Shown in pieces: positions 22,129-31,034 of a stretch of 64,000 nt of DNA (position 1 is its first letter; each line of letters opens with the position of its first letter). Position numbers and translations under genes: made by a program. Under the pieces are notes generated by a model. It did no database searches and was not told where the DNA came from. It was given only the letters and a program-made list of their open reading frames with translations. This DNA comes from Plasmodiophora brassicae (lineage: Eukaryota): assembly GCA_036867785.1 (NCBI GenBank), contig CP145409.1:1488001-1552000 (forward strand), written 5' to 3'.

Positions 22129-24235
22129 AAGGCATCACCAGGTACTCGAACAGGCCGTATGGCGTGCGGAACGCGGTTTTCCATTCGTCACCGTCACGGA
22201 TACGGATCTGGTTGTAAGCGCCACGAAGGTCAATCTTCGTGAACACGCACGCCGCGCTCAGCTGCGCCTGGATCTGGTCGATGAGAGGTATCGGGTAGCG
22301 GTTCTTCACGGTAGCCGCATTCAGGCCCCGATAGTCGACACAGAGGCGGAGAGAGCCATCCTTCTTTTTTGCGAAGAGGATCGGTGCCCCCGCTGACGAC
22401 TTCGATGGACGAATGAACCCCGATTCCAAGTTTGCCTTCAGGTACTGTTTGAGTGCAACTTGTTCCCTCGGAGATAGCCCGTACAAGCGACCAAACGGGG
22501 GTTCCATGCCCGGTTTCAGGTCGATACAACAGTCGTATGGGCGATGAGCAGGTAAGGACGTGGCCCCGGTTTCGTCGAAGACATCCGTAAACTCAGCGTA
22601 CTTGTCTGGAAGCTGGGGCGAGTCGTCTGGTTCTTCGAGCGGTGTCCACATCGTGTGGACCGCGTAACACGCCGAACCGTCCTCCGCAGCCGCATCCAGG
22701 AATGCATCGATATCGAGCGCGCAAACGTCGATGCATGCGGGGTCGTGCGGCGCGGCTGCAGCACCAACGACTTCGTCGTCGTCGGCGTCGGAATCCACCC
22801 CGGTCGCGGACGCAGGTTCGTCGAAAGGCGGCCAAGGTGTCCGGTCACAAGGTGAAGTGTCCAGCCAGGCCTCAAAGGCAGCGTCTCGCCTGGTTTCCCA
22901 TGCGCGCAGGAGGGCTGCCGAGGCGAGGATCTGAGTAGCCGCTTGCCGTTCGGAAAGTTGCTGGCGAGCATCGCGAAGCATACCCCATAAGACGACACCG
23001 CGCCGAACCCATAACGCATCGGGAGATGTAGTCGGGGTTGCGGCCTCGGTGGTAACGGGTGCCATGCTGCGCCGGCTAAGGGGTGGGCGGCGACACCCAC
23101 CACGCCATTCGGCTGGCCGGCGATGGCACGAATGACCGGATCGAACTGGAGATAGACTCGCGGCAGAAGTCGACGACGTGGCCACCTTTGCAGACGCGGG
23201 GCCCTCGGTCGCGGCTGGGTTGACAGCCCCATCGCGGACGGTGGGCCGGCAACCGTTCAGGGGTGCGGACAAGGAAATCCAGGCGAAACAAGCGCCGAAA
23301 CCGCATCCCAGTAGCGCGAGCCGAAAGATCCAGGCGACAAGGGCGCCGGAGCAGAGACAGACAAGCAGTGGCAGTAGCGCTATGCAAACCAGCCACAAGC
23401 CCACAAAACATAATCGAAGGCAAGATGTGACCCACGATTCAGCCGCCACAGAGGCTGGGGTGTGGTACACGGCGGACAAGACGGGACCGCCATCAGTTCG
23501 CTGTTAACGCGGAGAGCAGGCATCGGAGCGCTGGTCCAAGGTGAACGCAGGAGGATCCGACGGGCGAGAAGCTCCCTCAGCGATTCGGCTCTCGCCTACC
23601 GGAATCATGGGGTCCACCTTGTCTAGCGTCGATACTGTAAGAGGTGAGCGGCGTGGCGGAGCCGGTGTCGATGTTGGGGGCGCCGAGTCACGGCGGGCAG
23701 CAGATCGCTGACGCCAGTCGATCACCGGATTATGGTGTTCGAGCCACGGCATCCCGAGAATGATGGGATGGTTGGGAGCGCGGATCACATTCAAAATCAA
23801 GTTGCTGTCCTGGAACTGACCGTCGACCCTCACAGTCATGGGTAGCGTCTCCTGCGACACCGGCGGTAGGGCCCTGCCATCAACCACTTTGACAGCAATC
23901 GCCTGCTGCTTCGCAACGCAGGGAATGTCGTTCGACCGAGCGAAGGACCAGTCGACGAACGAAGACGTAGCGCCACAATCGATAAGGGCCTTAGTCGAGA
24001 TGACACGTGATGCGATAAATAGCTGAATGGGGACAGTGACAGACGGGACGAATCGTACGCTGGAATAAATAGAAGAGATAAAGAGGCAATCGGGTTCAAG
24101 AATGTCGTCATGTAGTGGGCGATCCGCGAACCCGGCTCGGATCACCCGCGAACATTTCCCGGCTGGGACCGGGGGCACTGGTTCGCCATGTGTCCCAGTA
24201 AGCGACAGCGAAAACAGCGGCCTTCGCGGCGACAA
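22129..24235 (-). pseudogene. Gypsy B pol, 5' part (protease, long spacer, RT N-half) with an in-frame TAA at 23504-23506
   Basis: [57 protein letters not shown]. Confidence 0.92.
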
Positions 24236-25080
24236 CGGTCTCGCTCCTCGTCGGTCAGCGGCTGCAGCGCGCTTGTGGCCACGTTCAAAATCGCAGTCGA
24301 CGGCACCGGGAACAGCGGCGCCAGATGGACCGCCTTATCCACCATGGCGGAGAAGCTGCGCAGCTGCCACTTGTACAGCTCCTCGGCCAGCGCAGGGGTC
24401 AGCGATGTGCGCAGCTTCTCGGCCAGCGAGGAGTCGCTTAGACGGCAGTCCGGGTCGCGGGCGACAGCGACAAAGTAGCGGCGGCGAAACTCCACGAGAT
24501 GCCCGGCAAACGGGCCCGTCTTGCGCAGGGAGTCGAATTCAGCCTTGGCGCGCGCGGCAGTGATCTCCGGAAAGTTCTCCAGGAGCATTGTCTTGATGGC
24601 CTGCGGGGACGATGACTTGATAGCCACGTACAGCTTCAGCGCCACGCTGTCCAGGCTCGACGCCAACAGGCTCCTCCTGGCCGCATTCGACAGCGGTGCC
24701 TTTGACGTCGGATCCGCGTCAGCGAAGCGGCAAAACTCGTCGAACCACGTCGTCGCAGACATCGGATCGACCGAGTCATCGCACGTGAACGTGTGCAGCC
24801 GGACGGGTGTCGAGTACGATATGGTCGACAAGGGCGCCGGCGGTCGATCAGGATCAATGGTTTCGGTCTTGGGGACGATGGGCGGGCTGGCGGCGACCTG
24901 CGCCAAGATCTCAGCGCGCTGCTGCCGGAGCATGGCGTCGATGTCGGCGCGCTGTGGCTGGAGCGCCTCCGCTACGATCGCCGCGATCGTGCTGGTCAGC
25001 GCCGATACGGATGTGTTCAATGGCTCCTCTTGGTCGGGGTCCTGGTGATCGCGGTTGCGTTGGGTTCCACGAGTGTCCAT
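24142..25080 (-). CDS. Gypsy B Gag with CCHC knuckle
   Basis: CFRCRLLGHMANQC; GGGAAAT slippery site (24154-24160, minus strand); homologous to Gypsy A gag. Confidence 0.9.
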   Translation of the reverse strand: MDTRGTQRNRDHQDPDQEEPLNTSVSALTSTIAAIVAEALQPQRADIDAMLRQQRAEILAQVAASPPIVPKTETIDPDRPPAPLSTISYSTPVRLHTFTCDDSVDPMSATTWFDEFCRFADADPTSKAPLSNAARRSLLASSLDSVALKLYVAIKSSSPQAIKTMLLENFPEITAARAKAEFDSLRKTGPFAGHLVEFRRRYFVAVARDPDCRLSDSSLAEKLRTSLTPALAEELYKWQLRSFSAMVDKAVHLAPLFPVPSTAILNVATSALQPLTDEERDRCRREGRCFRCRLLGHMANQCPRSQPGNVRG

Positions 25081-25098
25081 GGCGAAGGTCGGTCAAAC

Positions 25099-25133
25099 TG
25101 TCACGACTATACGACGACGCGTTGACTGACTGC
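25099..25133 (-). repeat. Remnant (3' end) of the Gypsy B 5' LTR, cut by Copia
   Basis: Minus strand reads ...gtcgtcgtatagtcgtgaca, resembling the Gypsy A LTR end, 18 nt before the gag ATG. Confidence 0.6.
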
Positions 25134-25323
25134 TGTCGAACTCCATATCCAGCAGCACACTCGTGCAGCACACCGACGCTGCCACGCACTCCGCAAGTCC
25201 GGTGTCAGCGCCGCCCGCGATGATGTAACGTGCACCGCGTCTCACGTCTACGACGTTGCCCGTCACACCCAATATCTTCGCTCTATATCCATCAATATAT
25301 ATCACTCTGATTTCGTCGTTTCA

Positions 25324-25337
25324 GATTAACAGTCGTA
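25324..25337 (+). promoter_or_regulatory. Primer-binding site complementary to the tRNA-Asn(GUU) anticodon arm
   Basis: Revcomp TACGA-CTGTTAA-TC fits a 5-nt stem, a 7-nt loop with GTT anticodon and 2 nt of 3' stem. Same sequence follows the TRIM LTR. Confidence 0.8.
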
Positions 25338-25372
25338 ACCGCGCTCTGGGCGTCTCGCTCGCGTCCAACGTC

Positions 25373-28300
25373 ATGGCCGATCGCGGTCGAACGGCGGAGT
25401 CAGATGTCCAAGATCTCGACGCGCAGCTCGCTGAGGCCGAGCGACAGGAGAAGATCGCGCGCATCGCATTCCTGCGACAGCAAACCGCATCGTACTCCTG
25501 CATCGCCACGACGCCGACGACGCAGCCTCGCCCAACCATTGTGGACGGCGTAGTGCGTCCAGGTACAGATCGCGTGCCTCCGCCTCGGTTCGACGGCAAG
25601 CACGAATCGTTTGCCGCTTGGGCGCCCGCCGCCGCGTCTTGGTTTACCAACCGTGGATTCGCGGGAATTGTCGGCATCGACCTGGACGGATCGCCGACTC
25701 CGAGTATCCCCGACAATGTGGACGCGGATCTGGAGGCAACTGCTCGGGAGATACTCTTGTTTCAGATGGTCGACAAGACCGTTCTGATCGGCTACAACTT
25801 GCTGTACGCCGGTACATCGGCGCAATGCTGGCGCGCTCTCTTCCGCATGCTGCGATCCTGCACGTTTTCGTCTGTCATTCGTGCTTCTAAAGATTTGTTC
25901 AGTGTTCGACAGCAAGCCGGTGAATCGGTCGCCTTGTACGCGGCTCGTCTGCAAGCCGTTGCCCAACGTTTCCGTACAACAGTCCCGAACGACATGCTTC
26001 ACATGACGGATTCCTTCCTGGCTGTCCTGATGGCTGGCAACGCCTCGTCAGAATTGGACACGGCCGCATCCAACCTGCACAGTCGTGGACTCGAACCGCG
26101 GCCTACCGTCACTGAGGTCGTGTCCACGCTCACATCAGAAGAGCAGCGCATTCAAGAGGCTCATGCTGACCGGGAGATATCGTTCGCAACGGCGAACCGT
26201 GCAAGCGCCACCGCACACCCGATCAAGGCTCCCGAACGCGATGGACTGTGCGTCCTACATACGACCTCGAGGAAGCCGCACACGAATGGCAACTGTTTCC
26301 TACAGCGCTCGTTGTGGCGGACGACATCGAATACATCGTCGCAACCTGATCAGTACGTCCCGGTTCGCGCCATGTCTGCACGTCACCCCGCCGTAGACAA
26401 CAGTTTCGTCGGCCTGCTCGATTCTGGATGTTCCACCACAATGACGCCCCTGCGTGAGCATCTCGGCGCTTACCGACATGTCGCCGGACCGACGGTTGAA
26501 CTTGCAGACCTGTCTCATACGACCACTTCCGGATGTGGCGTGACGTCATTGGGCGCTGATCAGTCCCAAATGGCGCCTATCGATTCGCTGCACGTCCCAC
26601 GACTCGGCCAAGCGCTCGTCTCCGTTGGACAGATCACCCGATCCGGGCACAAGATCGTCTTCGATGGGCCCAACGCGACCATCTATTCCAAGGACCACTG
26701 GACGTCCCCTGTCGGGACCCCGCTAGCGGTCAGCACGCGAGCAGCCAATAATCTCTACAGGATCGCCCTGCGTGCTCCCGCTGCCCCATCGTTAACTGAA
26801 ATTTATTCATCGGCTGCGCCCAGCGTGTCCTGCCGCGCCGCCACAGTCGCCTCCGCATCGCCCGCCCTTTGGCACGCGCGCGTTGGACATCTCGGCTACG
26901 TCAATCTGCGTCTCCTGCAGCGCCGCTGTCGGGGAATGGCCGTCGATCAGCCCATTCCCAAGCTTCAGGATCGATGTCCATTGGAGGCCTGTCTTCTCAC
27001 CAAAGGCAAGCGCTCATCATTCCCTCCCAGTACGTCCCGAGCACGTCGCGTTGGCGATCTCGTCCATAGTGACCTCTCCGGGCGGTGGCCTGTCGTCGGT
27101 ATTGGCGGTTTCGAGTATTACCAGACCATGCTGGATGATTCAACGCGCTACCTGACCGTCTACCTGCTCCGTCGGAAATCGGACGCCCTCGATGTCATCA
27201 AGCACTACGATGCACGTCTCCGCAACCAGGAGGGACGTGGCATTTCCGACTTCCAAACAGACGGCGGGGGCGAGTTTAATTCCAAGGCATGCGTTACGTT
27301 CTACAATGAGTCCGGCATCCTTCATCGCAAGTCGGTTCCGTATACGCCCGAGCAGAACGGCCGAGCCGAAATTGTCAACTACAGCCTGTGCTGTATCGAA
27401 GGCGCTATCCGGTGTCACGCGCGTATGCCCGATTTCACCTGGCCCTGGTCGCTCTCGTATTCTGCCGTCCTCTACAATGTCCATCCTCGATCCGTCCTTC
27501 CGGGACGTCGCTCATCGTTCCAGGCGGCTCGCTTCGCTAAACGTGATGTATCTTCCCTGCGCGTCTACGGCTGCGACGCGTACGCCATGCGCCCTCACCC
27601 CTCTTCGAAGAAGCCGACCAAACTGGATCATCGTCGCGTTCGCGCTGTATTCATCGGCTTTACGCCAGGGATGAAGGCATGGCGCTTCTATGACGTCGAA
27701 CGAGGTGACACATTCGAGAGCACGACGGCCGAATTCCTGGAAACGTCGTTCACCTTCGGCTTCGGGCGGTCGAACTCTGGTCTCGAGTCTTCACAGGCCG
27801 CGCCCGTACTCGCCGCCAGTTCCCCGTCCACCGTTGCCGTTCTTACATCATCACCCGCTGCTGCCGACGCCGTTATCCCACCGCTACCATCAGCATCCCC
27901 CGTTCCGGTGTCATCCATTGTCGTGTCGTCTCCGTCATCTGATCGTCTTCAACCATCTGCGCATACCCATCATGCTCCCCTGCCTGATCTCGCCGGCCAC
28001 GTCGGTCATTCTAATAACGACGCTGCTGTCGACGCTGATAACCACGACGGCAACCGCGCATCCAGCATCGTTGATGCCGACGTTAAGGACCATCAGGAGG
28101 CCGGCAACGACGCTGGTGCTGATTCCCCTGCTGACATGGATATTGACGCCGCTCAGCCGTCCGCCAACGATGGTGTTGATTCTCCTGCTGACATGGATGT
28201 TGCGGCTGATGCCGCCAACGATGGTGATGACTCTCCTGCTGACATGGATATTGCGGCTGATGTCGTCGCCGACGACGATGTTCTGGACATGCCGCATCCT

Positions 28301-28669
28301 CGTCGATCTACACGTCATCGTCAACCACCGGGCGAATGGTGGAAGGGTCCCGCGAAGGCAAACCGGTCCTCCACCCGGTGGGCGTCAACGGTGGACGCCT
28401 GGTTCCAGCACCCAGTGCTGACAGCCCCAATTCAACGTCCGCCACGCCCATCGCGCCGCCAGATTCACCACTGGCTACAGGTCGAAGAACGCCGGCTCAT
28501 CCGCGAGGCCATCCGCTCCCATCGACCGGCCGCTCGTCGTGGCATTGTCTCCGCCTGCCGCGTTAAGATACAGGCGCCAATCGACCCAGCAGCTCTACCA
28601 CGACCCGATCTCTCGAGTCTGAAAGCGATCGATGTTCCTGTTCCTAATACGATGGCCGAGGCCCTCTGA
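25373..28669 (+). CDS. Copia Gag-protease-integrase, ending at an in-frame TGA
   Basis: LLDSGCS, LWHARVGH, VHSDL, QTDGGGEF, PEQNGRAE, LRVYGC. Confidence 0.93.
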   Translation: MADRGRTAESDVQDLDAQLAEAERQEKIARIAFLRQQTASYSCIATTPTTQPRPTIVDGVVRPGTDRVPPPRFDGKHESFAAWAPAAASWFTNRGFAGIVGIDLDGSPTPSIPDNVDADLEATAREILLFQMVDKTVLIGYNLLYAGTSAQCWRALFRMLRSCTFSSVIRASKDLFSVRQQAGESVALYAARLQAVAQRFRTTVPNDMLHMTDSFLAVLMAGNASSELDTAASNLHSRGLEPRPTVTEVVSTLTSEEQRIQEAHADREISFATANRASATAHPIKAPERDGLCVLHTTSRKPHTNGNCFLQRSLWRTTSNTSSQPDQYVPVRAMSARHPAVDNSFVGLLDSGCSTTMTPLREHLGAYRHVAGPTVELADLSHTTTSGCGVTSLGADQSQMAPIDSLHVPRLGQALVSVGQITRSGHKIVFDGPNATIYSKDHWTSPVGTPLAVSTRAANNLYRIALRAPAAPSLTEIYSSAAPSVSCRAATVASASPALWHARVGHLGYVNLRLLQRRCRGMAVDQPIPKLQDRCPLEACLLTKGKRSSFPPSTSRARRVGDLVHSDLSGRWPVVGIGGFEYYQTMLDDSTRYLTVYLLRRKSDALDVIKHYDARLRNQEGRGISDFQTDGGGEFNSKACVTFYNESGILHRKSVPYTPEQNGRAEIVNYSLCCIEGAIRCHARMPDFTWPWSLSYSAVLYNVHPRSVLPGRRSSFQAARFAKRDVSSLRVYGCDAYAMRPHPSSKKPTKLDHRRVRAVFIGFTPGMKAWRFYDVERGDTFESTTAEFLETSFTFGFGRSNSGLESSQAAPVLAASSPSTVAVLTSSPAAADAVIPPLPSASPVPVSSIVVSSPSSDRLQPSAHTHHAPLPDLAGHVGHSNNDAAVDADNHDGNRASSIVDADVKDHQEAGNDAGADSPADMDIDAAQPSANDGVDSPADMDVAADAANDGDDSPADMDIAADVVADDDVLDMPHPRRSTRHRQPPGEWWKGPAKANRSSTRWASTVDAWFQHPVLTAPIQRPPRPSRRQIHHWLQVEERRLIREAIRSHRPAARRGIVSACRVKIQAPIDPAALPRPDLSSLKAIDVPVPNTMAEAL

Positions 28670-30346
28670 TCGTCGTTCGCCGGCCACTGGTGGGACGCTG
28701 CCCTCACCCAGATGGCAACGCTGGACTCCAAGGACACGTTCGGCCCGCTCATCGACCTGCCGAAAGGTAAGATCGCTGTTGGCGCCAAGTGGGTGTTCCG
28801 GGTCAAGTCTTCGCTCAGTGGCGACGGTGGCATCCGTAAGTTCAGCGCTCGTCTCTGCGCTCAAGGGTTCAGACAGCGCCCCGGCATCGACTTCGACGAC
28901 ACCTTCGCGCCGACCGCCCGTGCCACCGCGTTCCTCGTGATTCTAGCGCTCGAAGCTCAGCACAACCTGCATCTTCGACAGGTCGACTGGGTAGCCGCAT
29001 ATCTGAACGCCGACATGCTCCACGATGTCTACATCCGCCAGCCGGACGGCTTTACTGACCACCATGTCCCGTATCGAGTTCGTCAACTCAAGAAGGCTCT
29101 TTATGGTACAAAACAAGGCGCCGAACGTTGGTACAAGACGCTCCGCGATATGCTGCTCTCGCTCGGTTTCGAAACGATCATCACGGACCCGTGCGTCTTC
29201 AGGTACAACCGCGATGGCAAGTTCATTGTCATGTCTGTGCACACCGACGACGGCCTGCTGGCGTACAACGACGTCGTGTTCGCAGAATCGCTTCTCGTCC
29301 AGCTCTCTGCCATGGCCGAGATCACTGATCAAGGTGAACCATCGACATTACTCGGCATGCGGATCCGACGCGACCCTGGCACAGGCGCCATCACACTCGA
29401 TCAAGCTGAGTACATTGAGAAGGTACTCGACGACTTCAACATGTCCAATTGTCATCCGGTCGACACGCCGCACCAACCCGGCGTTCATCTGACCAAGTCG
29501 ATGAGTCCCCAATCGGACATCGAACGGGACGAAATGACGAACAAACCATACCTGAAGCTCATCGGATGTCTGACATGGCTCGCCCATCGCTGCCGTCCCG
29601 ACATCGCGTACATAACGAACGTGCTCGCCCAGTTCTCGTCAAACCCCGGCATCTCTCACTGGCGCGCGGGCCAACGTGTTCTGAAGTACCTCGCGGGTAC
29701 GACGACGCGCGGCATTCGTTACGAGCGTAAACCGCAGGATCTCTTGCTCGCATACGCCGATGCTGACTGGGCCTCCGATCCGGATACACGCCGGTCCCGT
29801 TCCGGCCATGTCATTCTGATGGCCGGCGGCCCCGTTCATTGGCAGTCACGACGCCAGGACCTAGGCGCCGTTAAGGTCAGTTTATCATCAACGCATGCCG
29901 AGATTAAATCGTTGTGCGCCGTTTCCCGGCAGCTTGCCTGGATCCGAACGTTCCTGGACGAGATAGGCTTCCCGCGTCCCGGTCCGACGATCGTGTACGA
30001 GGATAACCAAGGCGAGAAGGCCTGGTCCGGATATCGTCGGATGGACGATCGCACGAAAGATATCGAGGTGCAGTTTCATTACACCCGCGAGGCTGTCGAG
30101 GCCGGTCTGGTTGTGGTTCATAAGTGCCCGTCCGCCGAGATGGCCGCCGATTACCTGACGAAGCCCGCTCTCAGCACTTCGTTTCACGCGAACCTTATCC
30201 TGGCGGACATCACCGACACCAGTCCCAGGACGTGTGCTGCTGGAGGGGGCGTGTCGAACTCCATATCCAGCAGCACACTCGTGCAGCACACCGACGCTGC
30301 CACGCACTCCGCAAGTCTGGTGTCAGCGCCGCCCGCGATGATGTAA
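28670..30346 (+). CDS. Copia RT-RNase H, in frame after the TGA; runs into the 3' LTR
   Basis: KWVFRVK, ARLCAQGF, LKKALYGTKQ, VHTDD, YADADWA, YEDNQ, ADYLTK. Confidence 0.93.
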   Translation, partial: SSFAGHWWDAALTQMATLDSKDTFGPLIDLPKGKIAVGAKWVFRVKSSLSGDGGIRKFSARLCAQGFRQRPGIDFDDTFAPTARATAFLVILALEAQHNLHLRQVDWVAAYLNADMLHDVYIRQPDGFTDHHVPYRVRQLKKALYGTKQGAERWYKTLRDMLLSLGFETIITDPCVFRYNRDGKFIVMSVHTDDGLLAYNDVVFAESLLVQLSAMAEITDQGEPSTLLGMRIRRDPGTGAITLDQAEYIEKVLDDFNMSNCHPVDTPHQPGVHLTKSMSPQSDIERDEMTNKPYLKLIGCLTWLAHRCRPDIAYITNVLAQFSSNPGISHWRAGQRVLKYLAGTTTRGIRYERKPQDLLLAYADADWASDPDTRRSRSGHVILMAGGPVHWQSRRQDLGAVKVSLSSTHAEIKSLCAVSRQLAWIRTFLDEIGFPRPGPTIVYEDNQGEKAWSGYRRMDDRTKDIEVQFHYTREAVEAGLVVVHKCPSAEMAADYLTKPALSTSFHANLILADITDTSPRTCAAGGGVSNSISSSTLVQHTDAATHSASLVSAPPAMM

Positions 30347-30640
30347 CGTGCACCGCGTCTCACGTCTACGACGTTGCCCGTCACACCCAATATCTTCGCT
30401 CTATATCCATCAATATATATCACTCTGATTTCGTCGTTTCATCCCGTAGCTGGCCGCGTTCTGACTCCACTTTCTGCCTCTTGGAGTTGCCGAGGTACGG
30501 CACTAGCAGCGTTGGTTCACGAGGAACGGGGTCTTTGCGTCTGAAACACTCGACGGTTGCACCATCTTTCCGGGTATAGGCGTGGCCACTCCATCGCGAT
30601 CCCTGGCCTGAGACGGATTCATCTAGGGGAGTCTCACTGT

Positions 30641-30702
30641 CTCCTAATTCCAAGTACGGGCCACGGCCACCGTTAACGGTGGCCCGTCCTTGGAATTAGG
30701 AG
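30641..30702. repeat. Near-perfect 62-bp palindrome (also at 40624-40685 and 50607-50668)
   Basis: ctcctaattccaag...ggccaccgttaacggtggcc...cttggaattaggag; one mismatch and a 6-nt ggccac duplication. Confidence 0.9.
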
Positions 30703-31034
30703 GTTGCCATTCACTTCAAGCTGGCGGTCCGGTACAGGCTCGATGGCGGTTTCACGATCGGCAGGGCCGTGGATGGACGACGGTTGCGCGTCAGCGGCGC
30801 CATGTCACTTGGGTGATTTGGACTGAGCACCCCACCAAGTCCCCGCAATTCGTGGCGGACTCCGCTCGGCTTTACTCTAGGGCCTGCTTCATATAAGGCG
30901 GGGTGATGAGGTTTTTGGCCGCCTCAGGTCGACCGGTTAAAAATGACGATTCTCCAGTGTGCCTTGTGCGGCCACCGGATCCGTCGTCGTCATTGGGCAC
31001 GCGATGACTTCGGTGAGTCACGGCTCTATGGCTT

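Larger units (their letters stand above)
25134..30441 (+). mobile_element. Ty1/Copia LTR retrotransposon, copy 1
   Basis: 190-bp LTRs 25134-25323 and 30252-30441 (TG..CA), PBS gattaacagtcgta, PPT tggagggggcg, gag-PR-IN-RT-RH order. Confidence 0.96.

Noticed and set aside
23504-23506. Separate env-like ORF starting after the TAA in Gypsy B
   Set aside because: The downstream ORF is in frame with the protease and continues into RT, so a nonsense mutation (probably CAA to TAA) explains it.
28667-28669. In-frame TGA between Copia integrase and RT as programmed readthrough
   Set aside because: It lies inside the conserved EALxS..W motif, not at the gag/pol border, and is most simply a CGA-to-TGA change. 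Its presence in three copies reflects the tandem duplication, not independent conservation.
30635-30650. CACTG at 30635 as the left TIR matching 58543
   Set aside because: The match does not extend past 5 nt, the flanks (TCT versus AGA) differ, and upstream sequence is not Gypsy C.
30840-30881. Helitron 3' end (hairpin plus CTAG)
   Set aside because: The hairpin is weak, CTAG is followed by G rather than T, and there is no RepHel sequence.
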